Positions 6,649-15,662 of a stretch of 32,152 bases of DNA are shown one piece after another. The notes under the pieces are model-generated. The model searched no databases. It was not told where the DNA came from and saw only the letters and a program-made list of their open reading frames with translations. The translations under genes were made by a program, and so were the position numbers. Each line of letters opens with the position of its first letter. Positions within the stretch are counted from its first letter, which is position 1. Source of the DNA: an uncultured Anaerolineales bacterium (GTDB taxonomy: Bacteria; Chloroflexota; Anaerolineae; B4-G1); contig CAZYSK010000067.1 in assembly GCA_964649415.1 (NCBI GenBank), positions 191 through 32,342 of the forward strand. The letters are read 5' to 3'.

Positions 6649-9165
6649 GTGAAGCGATTGGTTCTGATGTGCGTCGCGGCCTTGCTGCTTCTGGTGGCTG
6701 CCGGTGCGCCATCAAAACGGTGCGCCATCGGAATCGCGCCGCCTGATAGGAGGTGGCACGCCATCGGGCGCACGGACAGCCGCAGCGTCCACAGAATGGA
6801 TCGCTTCGGCTCCCTCTACAGCGGAATAGCGACGTCCCAACAGGAATGGCCGGTGCGAACTCTGCACTCCGGCTATCACTTCCTCCCACCCTACGCGAAT
6901 CCCCGCGACCGCTTCGGCTTCGACTCGGGGAGCGACCTGACCACCTACGCAGTGGAGCAACTCCAGGCCGGTTGGTATAGCGATTGGAATACCAACCTCA
7001 ACCCACCCCACCCTGATGGCCTGACCTACGTCCAACTGGTGCGGCTCCACGCCGGGGCCGATCCGCAAGACCCAACCCAGGTCACAGTGGCTCCCAGCCC
7101 GGAGATCATCGCCCAGATCGCGGCCGCACACCCGGGATCCCTGTGGCTCTTGGGCAACGAGCCGGATTCCCTCTACTGCGGCAGTCCGATCTACCCTGCA
7201 GTGTACGCCCACGTCTACCACGACGTCTACACAACCATCAAGGCACTGGACCCCAGCGCACTGATCGCCAACGGCGCTGTTGTCCAGCCCACGCCCTGTC
7301 GTCTGGAGTACCTGGACATCGTGTGGGATACGTATGTCCAGGCCTACGGCGAGCCGATGCCGGTGGACGTGTGGAACACGCACGCTTTCATCCTGCGCGA
7401 GGTGTACGGCTCATGGGGTGCCAGCACACCACCGGGTGTGGACCCAGGCTGCGGCGTCGCTTATCCTGTCTACGACGGCGATAACGTGGACGTGATGCGA
7501 GATCACCTCGTGGCCCTGCGCCAATGGATGAAGGACAAGGGAGAACAGAACAAGCCCCTGATCATCAGCGAGTACGGCGTGCTGTGGCCAGAGTGGTTCG
7601 TGGACGAGCGGGGACAGGCTTTCACGGCTGCCCGGGTGAGCCAGTTCATGACCCAGACCTATGACCTGTTTCTAAACGAGACCTACCCGGATATCGGTCT
7701 TCCCCAGGACGAATACCGGCTGGTGCAAGCCTGGGCCTGGTACAGCCTGTCCGACGACCAAGACTACAACGGCTACTTGTTCCACAGCAACTCCAAGGAA
7801 ATCTCCCCAATAGGTCAAGCGTACGCCGACTACACCGCCGCCCTGACGGACACGCAGTACACCGACCTGACCGCCCAACTGTGGGCGGACGTAGAGCCGC
7901 TGGCACACCTCACCCCAACCCTACCCTACGACGCGCCATCAGAATGGAGCCTTTGTGGAGATAGCGGTGCGCTGACCGCGACGCTTCCAGTGACGGGAAT
8001 CGTCGCCAATCTCGGTCCGTTGACCGCCACAGGCGTGGTCATCGCATGCCCAGGGTCGGGATGCCAGCTCATCCAGGATGTGCCTGGACGATATGTGGAG
8101 GACATCGCCCCGCTGCCGCTGCCGACGCTTGCCATCACCGCACCCGGGGTATACGATCTGTCGCTCGTCGCCGACGCGCCGCAGTCGCTGCCCGACGTAC
8201 GCCGCTGGAACAACTCAAGCACCGTCAGCGTGGACGCTAGAGCCGATCTGACGGTCTTGGAAGCAGTCTGGTGCATCCATTCCCAGGAGCCCGCGAGCGA
8301 TGTGCTCTCCGTCACCCTGACGGTGGAGAACGAAGGGCTCTGGCCCACGCCGCCCATTTCCGGCGCGCTGCACTTGAACAACGCCCAAGGCTCCCTGGTC
8401 CCGACGGTGCGGCAGGTCTCCGTCCCGGCCATGGGATCTCGTGCTCGAGCAGTTTCGCTCCAGGAGATGCCCCTTCCCGGTTCCAGTGAGGATCTGTACC
8501 GTCTGACGATTGACGTAGACAGCGCTGCGGTCCTGGACGAGCAGGATGAGAGCAACAACCAGGCCCAGATTCCGATTCCCATCGTCGTCACGACCACGCT
8601 GCAACCCACCGCCACCGGCGCGCTAACCTCGGCCAGCGGCCACACAGCCTTCTTGTTCCCGGCCACGTCAGTGACGCTGCCCACAGAGATACGTTTCACG
8701 CCGCTCCTGACGTCTGAATTGCCCCCAGGCCCACCATTGGGCGTGTCGGCGTTTGACCTGCGCGCCTATCGGGGTGGCGAACCTGTGTCCCCAACGCTAT
8801 CCTGTCCCATCACCGTCACCTGGCAGTACAGCGATACGGAGGTGACAGGGCTGTACGAGAGCGGCCTGGGCCTGTATAGCCTGGCATCAGACGGCCTTTG
8901 GCAACGTGTGTACCACCCGGTCGAGCGACACGATCTGGAGATGAACCGGCTGAGTACCTGCGTCCACCACTTGGGCACGTATGTCTTTGGACAGGGCGAC
9001 GAAATCTATTTCCCATCCATGCTGCTCGGCCCAGAGCTAGGAAACTGGCTGAGACACCAAGGTCTTGAGAAAGCGCCAGTTTCTCCTGCCGTCTCTGCTG
9101 CAGGAAGTTGTCCCTCCGGTCTTCCGCCGCGACTGACACCGAACGTGTCCCCTGCAGGATACTGA
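6649..9165 (+). CDS. Secreted glycoside-hydrolase-like protein (clan GH-A TIM-barrel motifs) with a C-terminal CARDB-like domain. A family-1 repeat sits in-frame directly after the signal peptide.
   Basis: The signal peptide is MKRLVLMCVAALLLLVAAGA. WLLGNEPD is an acid/base NEP-type motif and LIISEYGV is a nucleophile-Glu-type motif. The CARDB signature is ADLTVLEAVW...NEG...DEQDESNNQAQIPI. Residues 18-45 are encoded by GCGCCATC.. repeat units, and DAPSEWSL at 7925..7948 is another repeat copy. Confidence 0.6.
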   Translation: MKRLVLMCVAALLLLVAAGAPSKRCAIGIAPPDRRWHAIGRTDSRSVHRMDRFGSLYSGIATSQQEWPVRTLHSGYHFLPPYANPRDRFGFDSGSDLTTYAVEQLQAGWYSDWNTNLNPPHPDGLTYVQLVRLHAGADPQDPTQVTVAPSPEIIAQIAAAHPGSLWLLGNEPDSLYCGSPIYPAVYAHVYHDVYTTIKALDPSALIANGAVVQPTPCRLEYLDIVWDTYVQAYGEPMPVDVWNTHAFILREVYGSWGASTPPGVDPGCGVAYPVYDGDNVDVMRDHLVALRQWMKDKGEQNKPLIISEYGVLWPEWFVDERGQAFTAARVSQFMTQTYDLFLNETYPDIGLPQDEYRLVQAWAWYSLSDDQDYNGYLFHSNSKEISPIGQAYADYTAALTDTQYTDLTAQLWADVEPLAHLTPTLPYDAPSEWSLCGDSGALTATLPVTGIVANLGPLTATGVVIACPGSGCQLIQDVPGRYVEDIAPLPLPTLAITAPGVYDLSLVADAPQSLPDVRRWNNSSTVSVDARADLTVLEAVWCIHSQEPASDVLSVTLTVENEGLWPTPPISGALHLNNAQGSLVPTVRQVSVPAMGSRARAVSLQEMPLPGSSEDLYRLTIDVDSAAVLDEQDESNNQAQIPIPIVVTTTLQPTATGALTSASGHTAFLFPATSVTLPTEIRFTPLLTSELPPGPPLGVSAFDLRAYRGGEPVSPTLSCPITVTWQYSDTEVTGLYESGLGLYSLASDGLWQRVYHPVERHDLEMNRLSTCVHHLGTYVFGQGDEIYFPSMLLGPELGNWLRHQGLEKAPVSPAVSAAGSCPSGLPPRLTPNVSPAGY

Positions 9166-9453
9166 GTGCCACATCCCACGTCATCACTGGCTGCATCGGA
9201 GTGGGGAGTAGACACTAGGCTGGCTCACCCCGCGGCAGACTACCGCGCGTCTGGTGGGGAAGGCTGACAGATAGTGGCCTGCCTCGCTTCGTCCAGACAG
9301 ATTCCATCTGGGGATTGGCAATCGGCCTGACGCCCCTTATGCCCGCGATTCTGCTCACGACAAGGGTGACGGCAGGATGGTGACGGTCGAGTTCGCCCTG
9401 GTTCGTGGTTCCTCTCTGCAGCGGGGCCAGGAATCAGACACGGACGTCCGCGT

Positions 9454-10746
9454 TCACCGGAAGTTGAGCCCCGGCAGGAACGAGGGCAGGGGAAACAGCG
9501 CCGGGATGATCTCACCCAACGTGCCTGAGACACTGCGGACATTGATCGTGCGTCCGCGGACGTTGACCGTGCGTCCGCGGACATTGATACCGACCGTCTG
9601 CGGTCGGCTGCGTCCGTCCGCTGGCGCTCCCATCACCAGCCGCGTTATCTCACCCCCGTCCAGTTCGAGCCGCTCCCGACCCAGCACGGCGCGAAACCGG
9701 TCCCCCTCCTGCTCAAAGCGAAGCCCGCGCCAAAGGCGCGCGTCGAAGCACGCCTCAACGTAGTCCCGGAGGTCGGACATCAGGCCAGGAAGATTGACAA
9801 TGCGCATGGTGTGCTCGGGCAGAGGCAGACGCACTCCGGCGACACCCCGTTCGTGAAGCAGACGCAGGAAGTCCGCATCCTGCCAAGGCACGAACATCCG
9901 CAGTCCCCGCAGATCCAGCCGGGCCATAACCTCGGCCAGCGCGCCGGCGAGCGCAACCCGGCTGCCAGCATACTCGTACACCTCCCGCACGCCCGAGTCC
10001 GGCTCGCGCAGATTCTCCCAGGGGAAACTCAGGAACAGGTAGGCCACCGGGCGACCTCTCAGTTCCACAATCCAATCCTCCGCCTGGGGGAACTCCTCAG
10101 GTTGGCAGAAGTGCCGGGTGAACACCTCTACACACCGCACAAAGCGCACCGGCTCTGTCTGGTAAAGACGGGAGCACAGAGAGGCATCCGACTCGGTCGC
10201 CGGGCGGAGCGCAAGGCCGTCTACCCTCAGATCGACCTGACCGGGCTTGAGCACCACGTGCTCAAACTCCTGGGAAGCGACACAGCCAGCCCGCCTGTAG
10301 AGCTCGCGGTCACCAGAGACGAGCATCAGACGAGCACCTTCGGCGGTCAATTGGCGGGCGCAGTGATCGAGCAGCCGTGTGGCTAGTCCTAGACCCCGGT
10401 AGTCCGGGTGGGTACACACGCTGCCGATGCTGGCGACGCGCAAGGGGCTGCCGTACACGCTGACCTGACTGTGCCAGATGCCGATCTGGGAGACAGGTTC
10501 CCCCTGGTGGCAGATGACCTGCATCCCACCACGCCGGGGCGGGGTGTGCGCGGATTCGCCGCACGCGGAGGCAGTTTCCCCCAGATGCAGTCCGTCCGCC
10601 TGCTCAGCCTCCCCCGCAAACTCCGGGAAGCACAACGCATCCAGTCGCCGCGAGGCCACCAGCTCCTCCCGCCGGAGGAGGCGCGGCCCGTCCAGATCAT
10701 CCAAGGAGATCGAACACCCAGTATCCATATCCATCATTGCAGTCAA
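9454..10746 (-). CDS. GNAT-family N-acetyltransferase, Eis-like (GNAT plus a second GNAT-like lobe plus an SCP2-like C-terminus). The last ~45 aa are encoded by a family-2 repeat.
   Basis: The acetyl-CoA binding motif is SVCTHPDYRGLGLATRLLDHC. The ~400-aa length and three-lobe layout fit Eis-like enzymes. The C-terminal tail VRGRTVNVRGRTINV comes from the tandem 21-bp repeat. Confidence 0.6.
   Translation of the reverse strand: MTAMMDMDTGCSISLDDLDGPRLLRREELVASRRLDALCFPEFAGEAEQADGLHLGETASACGESAHTPPRRGGMQVICHQGEPVSQIGIWHSQVSVYGSPLRVASIGSVCTHPDYRGLGLATRLLDHCARQLTAEGARLMLVSGDRELYRRAGCVASQEFEHVVLKPGQVDLRVDGLALRPATESDASLCSRLYQTEPVRFVRCVEVFTRHFCQPEEFPQAEDWIVELRGRPVAYLFLSFPWENLREPDSGVREVYEYAGSRVALAGALAEVMARLDLRGLRMFVPWQDADFLRLLHERGVAGVRLPLPEHTMRIVNLPGLMSDLRDYVEACFDARLWRGLRFEQEGDRFRAVLGRERLELDGGEITRLVMGAPADGRSRPQTVGINVRGRTVNVRGRTINVRSVSGTLGEIIPALFPLPSFLPGLNFR
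9538..9620. repeat. Family-2 GC-rich repeat with an internal 21-bp tandem duplication (CGTGCGTCCGCGGACGTTGAC x2) containing the 10-bp perfect palindrome GTCCGCGGAC
   Basis: The element shares GACATTGATACCGACCGTCTGC and GGCTGCGTCCG with the copies at 987 and 4055. Confidence 0.5.
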
Positions 10747-10811
10747 CGCAGAGGCTGTGAGGACACCCTGTGCCTATGGACGGCACCATCATTCCGCCAG
10801 CGGATGAGGTT

Positions 10812-13100
10812 TCATCGTGCATCCGGTGACGCTTCTTCCGCGTCCAGCCGCTCCAGGCGCGCGATATCCGCCATCAGCCGCTTCAGCCCGGCCTCGTCGA
10901 AGACCACCGTCACCATCTCGTCGCCGCCGTCGGGCCGGCTCTGGATGACCAATCCATCGCCGAAGGTCGCGTGCCGCACGCGCTGGCCTGCACGGAACTG
11001 CAACTCGCTAGAGGGGCGAGCGCGAACGCGGGAGAAACCGGGGCCTTCCCGAAAACCTTGGGTTCTGCTCCTGGGCGCGGCCACCACGCCCGTTGCGGGC
11101 TTTGATCGTGCGCGCGCGCCTCTACGTCCCCACGAACCACCAATCAGCTCAGGGGGAACGTCCTCCAGGAACCGGCTGGGCACCGAGGGCTCGCTTTCGC
11201 CGTAGCGGGTACGCCGGAAGGCGTAGGTCAAGAAGAGCCGATCCTCGGCACGCGTCAGCCCGACGTACATCAGTCGCCGCTCCTCGGCCATCTGCTCGGG
11301 ATCGTCCAGGGAGCGGCTGTGAGGAAGCAGGCCATCCTCCAGGCCGGTGATGAAAACGACCGGGAATTCCAGTCCCTTGGCGCTATGAAGCGTGAGCAAA
11401 GTCGGTGCATCCGCCTCGTCGCTCAGGTTGTCCACGTCCGAGACGAGCGCGACGTCAGCCAGGAACTCGGTCAACGTCATGTCCTCGTACTCGGCGGCCA
11501 CGTTGCGGAGCTCCAGCACGTTGGCCCAGCGATCCTCGCCTTCCTCGGTGCCATCGCGCAGATAATCGCCGTAGCGGGTGTCCTGCAACACGCGATCTAT
11601 CAACTGCGCCACATCCATGGCATCGCGTGCGGAGATCCAACCTTCCAGCATCTCCAGGAATGACTCCAACACCCGCCGCGCCCGCGCGCCCAGCTTCGGG
11701 CCCTGGCCCGTCGCGTCGACCACGTCCTGGATCACCTCGTAAACCGAAACGCCGCGTGTCCGCGCCGTCTCCTCCAGCGCCGCCACCGTCTTCTGGCCAA
11801 TGCCCCGGGGCGGGACGTTGATCACCCGCGCCATACTCACGCCCTCTGTGGGATTGTGGATCAGCCGTAAGAAGGCGATCAAGTCCTTGATCTCGCGGCG
11901 GGCATAGAACCGGGTCGCCCCGACCAGCTTGTAGGGCAGGCCCGCGCGGATGAAGGCATCCTCCAGTGCACGCGACTGGGCGTTCGTCCGATACATCACC
12001 GCGCAGTCGCCGGGGTGCCCCCCCTCCTGGGCGACCAGTTGGGCGATGGTATTCACCACGAACAAGGCCTCGTCGTCCTGGTCGTAGGCCTCGTGGACGA
12101 CGATCTCGGGGCCACGCCCCCGGCGCGTGAACAGCGACTTGTCCGTCCGATCGGGATTGTGACGGATCACCGCGTGGGCGGCGTCCAGAATCGTCTGCGT
12201 CGAGCGATAATTCTGCTCCAGGAGGATGGTGAGGAGGTCGGGGTAATCGTCCCGCAGGCGGCGGATGTTGCGATAGTCCGCGCCTCGCCAGGCATAGATG
12301 GACTGATCCTCATCGGCGACGCAGAAGAGGTTGTGATAACGGCTCGCAAGCTGCTGCAACAGCGCGTATTGAGCCTGATTGGTGTCCTGAAACTCGTCCA
12401 CCAGGATGTACCGGTAGCGCTCCTGATACTTGGCCAGTACATCCGGGTTCTGCCTGAAGGCCCGCACAGTCACCATCAGCAAGTCATCGAAGTCAAGCCC
12501 GCTGTTGGCCGCCAGCAGGGCCTGGTAGCGTTCGTAGATGCGCTTGACGACCTCACCGTAGTAGGAGCCGGTGGTGTATGCCTCCGGCGTGATCAGCTCG
12601 TTCTTGGCCCGAGAGATGGCCCCATGCACCGCCTGGGGACGATAGCGCTTGTCGTCCAGGTTCAGGTCGCGGATCGCCTGCTTGACCAGGCGACGCTGGT
12701 CATCGGCGTCGAAGATGGCGTAGTCGCGCGGGATACCCGCGGCGTCGGCATCGCGGCGCAAAATACGGGCGCACGTGGCGTGGAACGTGCCCAGCGTGAG
12801 ACTGCGAGCGCGAGAGGGTCCAAGTAACCGCTCCAGCCGCTCTCGCATCTCACGGGCCGCCTTGTTGGTGAAGGTGACCGCCATGATGCGCCAGGGGGCG
12901 ACGTCTAGCTCCAGAACCAGCCAGGCGACGCGGTGTGTGAGCACGCGGGTCTTGCCGCTGCCCGGCCCGGCCAGCACCAGCACCGGGCCGTCGGATGCGG
13001 TGACGGCTTTCTGTTGTTGAGGGTTGAGTCCTTTGAGAGTGTCCACGGCGTCAGATTGTAACACAGGTGCACACAGCGCGCCAGTCTTGCCGTTCGGCAA
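10812..13100 (-). CDS. pcrA: ATP-dependent DNA helicase, PcrA/UvrD family (SF1). The ORF-finder start is TTG, and the true start may lie a few codons downstream.
   Basis: Walker A is AGPGSGKTRVLTHR. Motif II/III is DEFQDTNQAQY. The conserved GLNPQQQKAV N-terminus and a C-terminal Tudor-like extension are characteristic of PcrA/UvrD. Confidence 0.88.
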   Translation of the reverse strand: MPNGKTGALCAPVLQSDAVDTLKGLNPQQQKAVTASDGPVLVLAGPGSGKTRVLTHRVAWLVLELDVAPWRIMAVTFTNKAAREMRERLERLLGPSRARSLTLGTFHATCARILRRDADAAGIPRDYAIFDADDQRRLVKQAIRDLNLDDKRYRPQAVHGAISRAKNELITPEAYTTGSYYGEVVKRIYERYQALLAANSGLDFDDLLMVTVRAFRQNPDVLAKYQERYRYILVDEFQDTNQAQYALLQQLASRYHNLFCVADEDQSIYAWRGADYRNIRRLRDDYPDLLTILLEQNYRSTQTILDAAHAVIRHNPDRTDKSLFTRRGRGPEIVVHEAYDQDDEALFVVNTIAQLVAQEGGHPGDCAVMYRTNAQSRALEDAFIRAGLPYKLVGATRFYARREIKDLIAFLRLIHNPTEGVSMARVINVPPRGIGQKTVAALEETARTRGVSVYEVIQDVVDATGQGPKLGARARRVLESFLEMLEGWISARDAMDVAQLIDRVLQDTRYGDYLRDGTEEGEDRWANVLELRNVAAEYEDMTLTEFLADVALVSDVDNLSDEADAPTLLTLHSAKGLEFPVVFITGLEDGLLPHSRSLDDPEQMAEERRLMYVGLTRAEDRLFLTYAFRRTRYGESEPSVPSRFLEDVPPELIGGSWGRRGARARSKPATGVVAAPRSRTQGFREGPGFSRVRARPSSELQFRAGQRVRHATFGDGLVIQSRPDGGDEMVTVVFDEAGLKRLMADIARLERLDAEEASPDAR

Positions 13101-13138
13101 GCCATGGACTATAATAGCACCACATATCAGGGGGGAGG

Positions 13139-13555
13139 ATGGTTGTCACTCAGGAACTACGCATACACACCCGCGGCCACTGCGATATCCAGGACATCAC
13201 CGCACAGGTGGCTGGCCTGGTGAGTGACTCGGGCCTGCAGGCCGGTATCGCCACCATCTTCTGCCCCGGCTCGACCGGCGGTCTGACGACGATCGAGTAC
13301 GAGGACGGCGCACTGGCCGATCTCCAGCAGGTCTTCGACGAGATCGCGCCACCTGACCGGGCCTACCGCCATCACCTGCGCTGGGGCGACGACAACGGCC
13401 ACTCTCACGTGCGTGCAGCCCTCATCGGCCCCTCACTCACGGTGCCTTTCGTCGAGGGCCATCTCACACTCGGCACGTGGCAGCAGATCGTTTTCCTCGA
13501 CTTCGACACCCGTCCCAGGTCGCGCCGGTTAGTCGTGCAGATCATGGGCGAATAG
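13139..13555 (+). CDS. YjbQ/UPF0047 family protein (secondary thiamine-phosphate-synthase-like)
   Basis: The 138-aa ORF has the conserved DITAQV, GSTGGLTTIEYEDGALADLQ and HSHVRAALIGPSLTVP segments typical of YjbQ. Confidence 0.8.
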   Translation: MVVTQELRIHTRGHCDIQDITAQVAGLVSDSGLQAGIATIFCPGSTGGLTTIEYEDGALADLQQVFDEIAPPDRAYRHHLRWGDDNGHSHVRAALIGPSLTVPFVEGHLTLGTWQQIVFLDFDTRPRSRRLVVQIMGE

Positions 13556-13594
13556 CGCCCTCGGACACTTGTCGCGTCCATCGGAGATAGATCG

Positions 13595-15448
13595 GTGAAC
13601 GTCCCGGATCACGTCCGGACTCAGATCGAGACAATCCCCCGCAGGCCCGGCGTCTACCTGATGCGCGACGTCAGCAACACCGTCATCTACGTCGGCAAGG
13701 CGGTGGACCTGCACAGCCGCGTACGCTCCTATTTCCAGCCTTCCGCCTGGGACATCCCCAAGGTACGCGCGATCGTGTCTGAGGTCGCCGACGTGGATTT
13801 CCTGGTCACGGACTCAGAGCTGCAGGCGCTGATCCTCGAGGCGAACCTGATCAAAGAGCACCGTCCCCGCTACAACGTGCGCCTCAAGGACGACAAACGC
13901 TATCCATACATCAAGATCACCTGGGCCGACCCCTTTCCCCGGGTGCTCATCACGCGCCGCATGGAACAGGACGGCAGCCGCTACTTCGGCCCCTTCACCT
14001 CCAGTTCGGCTATGCACCAGACGCTCGATCTGCTGCGCAAGTCATTTCCGTACCTGACCTGCAATCGGGAGATCACTGGCCACGACGAGCGTCCCTGCCT
14101 GTACTACGACATCAAGCTGTGCCTGGGACCCTGCATTGGCGCGGTGACGCAGGAGGAATACCGGGCCATGATTCGGGGACTGGCTCGCTTCCTCGAAGGG
14201 CGGAGCGAGGAGGTGATCTCGGACCTGGAACAGCGGATGAAGGCGGCCTCCGAGGGGTGGGACTTCGAAAAAGCGGCTTCACTGCGGGACCAATTGCAGG
14301 CAGTGCGGCAGGTCGTCGAGCGGCAGACGATCGTCTCGTCGGTTGGCGCCGATCAGGACGTGGTCGCCTTCGCCCGCGAGGAGAACGACGCATGCGTGCA
14401 GGTCTTTTTCATCCGGAGCGGCAAACTGCTGGGACGGGAATACTTCCTGCTGGAGGGGACACAGGACGAAGACGAGCGGGAGGTGATGGCCGCCTTCCTC
14501 AAGCAGTTCTACGAGGAGGCAGCGTACATCCCGCCCGAGGTGCTGCTGCCGGAACAGATCGAGGAAGCTCTGATCATCGAGCAGTGGTTGAGAACCAAGC
14601 GCGGAGCCAAGGTGGCGCTCCAGGTCCCCCGCCGGGGCCAGAAGCGCCGGTTGGTGGCGCTGGCGGCGGAGAACGCCACGGAGACGCTCGCCGCCCTGCG
14701 TGCCCAGTGGCAGGCCGACGCCCACAAGCACGAGCAGGCGCTGGCCGAGATCCAGAAGGCACTGGAACTCCCAAAGCCCCCGGCACGCATCGAGTGCTAC
14801 GATATCTCCACCACGCAGGGGACAGAGATCGTCGGCAGCATGGTCGTGTTCGTGCAAGGCGTGCCGCGCAAGTCGGGCTACCGGCGCTTCGTCGTGCGCA
14901 GCGTCCACGGGCAAGACGACTACGCCAGCATGCGCGAGGTGCTCGAGCGACGCTTCCGCCGCTGGCAGATCGCCACGTCGGACGAGGCGCTGGGTAGCCG
15001 GGACATCAAGGGATGGGCCAAGCTGCCTGATCTGCTCATCGTGGATGGCGGCAAGGGGCAGCTAGGCGTGGCGGTCGAGGTGCTGAAGGCCTTCGACCTG
15101 CTTGACAGGATCCCCGTGGCCGGGCTCGCCAAGCAGCGCGAGGAGATCTTCCTCCCAGGGCGGGGGAAACCGGTCCTGCTCCCCCGCCGCTCCCAGGGCC
15201 TGTACCTGGTGCAGCGCGTGCGGGACGAGGCGCATCGCTTCGCCATCACACACCACCGCACGCGCCGGCGTCGGGCAGGCGTGGCGTCACAACTGGACGG
15301 CATCCCCGGCGTGGGTCCGGCGCGGCGCAACGCGCTCCTCAAAACCTTTGGATCGCTCAGCGCGATCCGCGCGGCCAGCGTCGAGCAGTTGGCTGCCGTG
15401 CCCGGCGTCCCACGCACTGTGGCCGTCTCTATCAAGGAGAACCTGTAG
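13595..15448 (+). CDS. uvrC: Excinuclease ABC subunit C (UvrC)
   Basis: The N-terminal GIY-YIG motif is PGVYLMRD...IYVGKA. The protein is 617 aa, the canonical length. The UvrBC-interacting region, the RNase-H-like domain and the HhH are present at the C-terminus. Confidence 0.92.
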   Translation: MNVPDHVRTQIETIPRRPGVYLMRDVSNTVIYVGKAVDLHSRVRSYFQPSAWDIPKVRAIVSEVADVDFLVTDSELQALILEANLIKEHRPRYNVRLKDDKRYPYIKITWADPFPRVLITRRMEQDGSRYFGPFTSSSAMHQTLDLLRKSFPYLTCNREITGHDERPCLYYDIKLCLGPCIGAVTQEEYRAMIRGLARFLEGRSEEVISDLEQRMKAASEGWDFEKAASLRDQLQAVRQVVERQTIVSSVGADQDVVAFAREENDACVQVFFIRSGKLLGREYFLLEGTQDEDEREVMAAFLKQFYEEAAYIPPEVLLPEQIEEALIIEQWLRTKRGAKVALQVPRRGQKRRLVALAAENATETLAALRAQWQADAHKHEQALAEIQKALELPKPPARIECYDISTTQGTEIVGSMVVFVQGVPRKSGYRRFVVRSVHGQDDYASMREVLERRFRRWQIATSDEALGSRDIKGWAKLPDLLIVDGGKGQLGVAVEVLKAFDLLDRIPVAGLAKQREEIFLPGRGKPVLLPRRSQGLYLVQRVRDEAHRFAITHHRTRRRRAGVASQLDGIPGVGPARRNALLKTFGSLSAIRAASVEQLAAVPGVPRTVAVSIKENL

Positions 15449-15662
15449 ACCCCATCCACAGCCGACGTCGACCGCGTGCAACCGAGGGCGTGTTGCGCAT
15501 TTGGCAACGGGCGGCGGGGTGACTACCCAAACTGAGTCTTCTGTGGTATAGTTGCACTGGTCAGGTCTGGGCCAGAGACCCCCCAATAAGAAGCCAGGTT
15601 TGTCACTGTCGAATTGTTAACAAGAAACCGGGTTTTTCGGAAAGACCTGGTTTCTGCTGCTG

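Noticed and set aside
6272-6889. 205-aa and 100-aa minus-strand ORFs across 6309..6889
   Set aside because: They are composed of repeat-unit translations (AIPMAHYPPSGGVIPMAHYPP..) antisense to the GH gene start and the intergenic array.
12015-12827. 270-aa plus-strand ORF antisense to the helicase gene, and similar long antisense ORFs at 14119..14997 and 20539..21279
   Set aside because: They are typical high-GC antisense open frames inside well-supported genes (pcrA, uvrC and the HK). They have no domain signatures.
15449-15662. Possible small RNA or riboswitch in the 213-bp intergenic region after uvrC (inverted repeats GTTGCgcatttgGCAAC and GAAACCGGGTTT / AGACCTGGTTTC)
   Set aside because: The stems are short, there is no U-tract, and I recognise no conserved riboswitch core. 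I note only the shared 13-bp motif separately.
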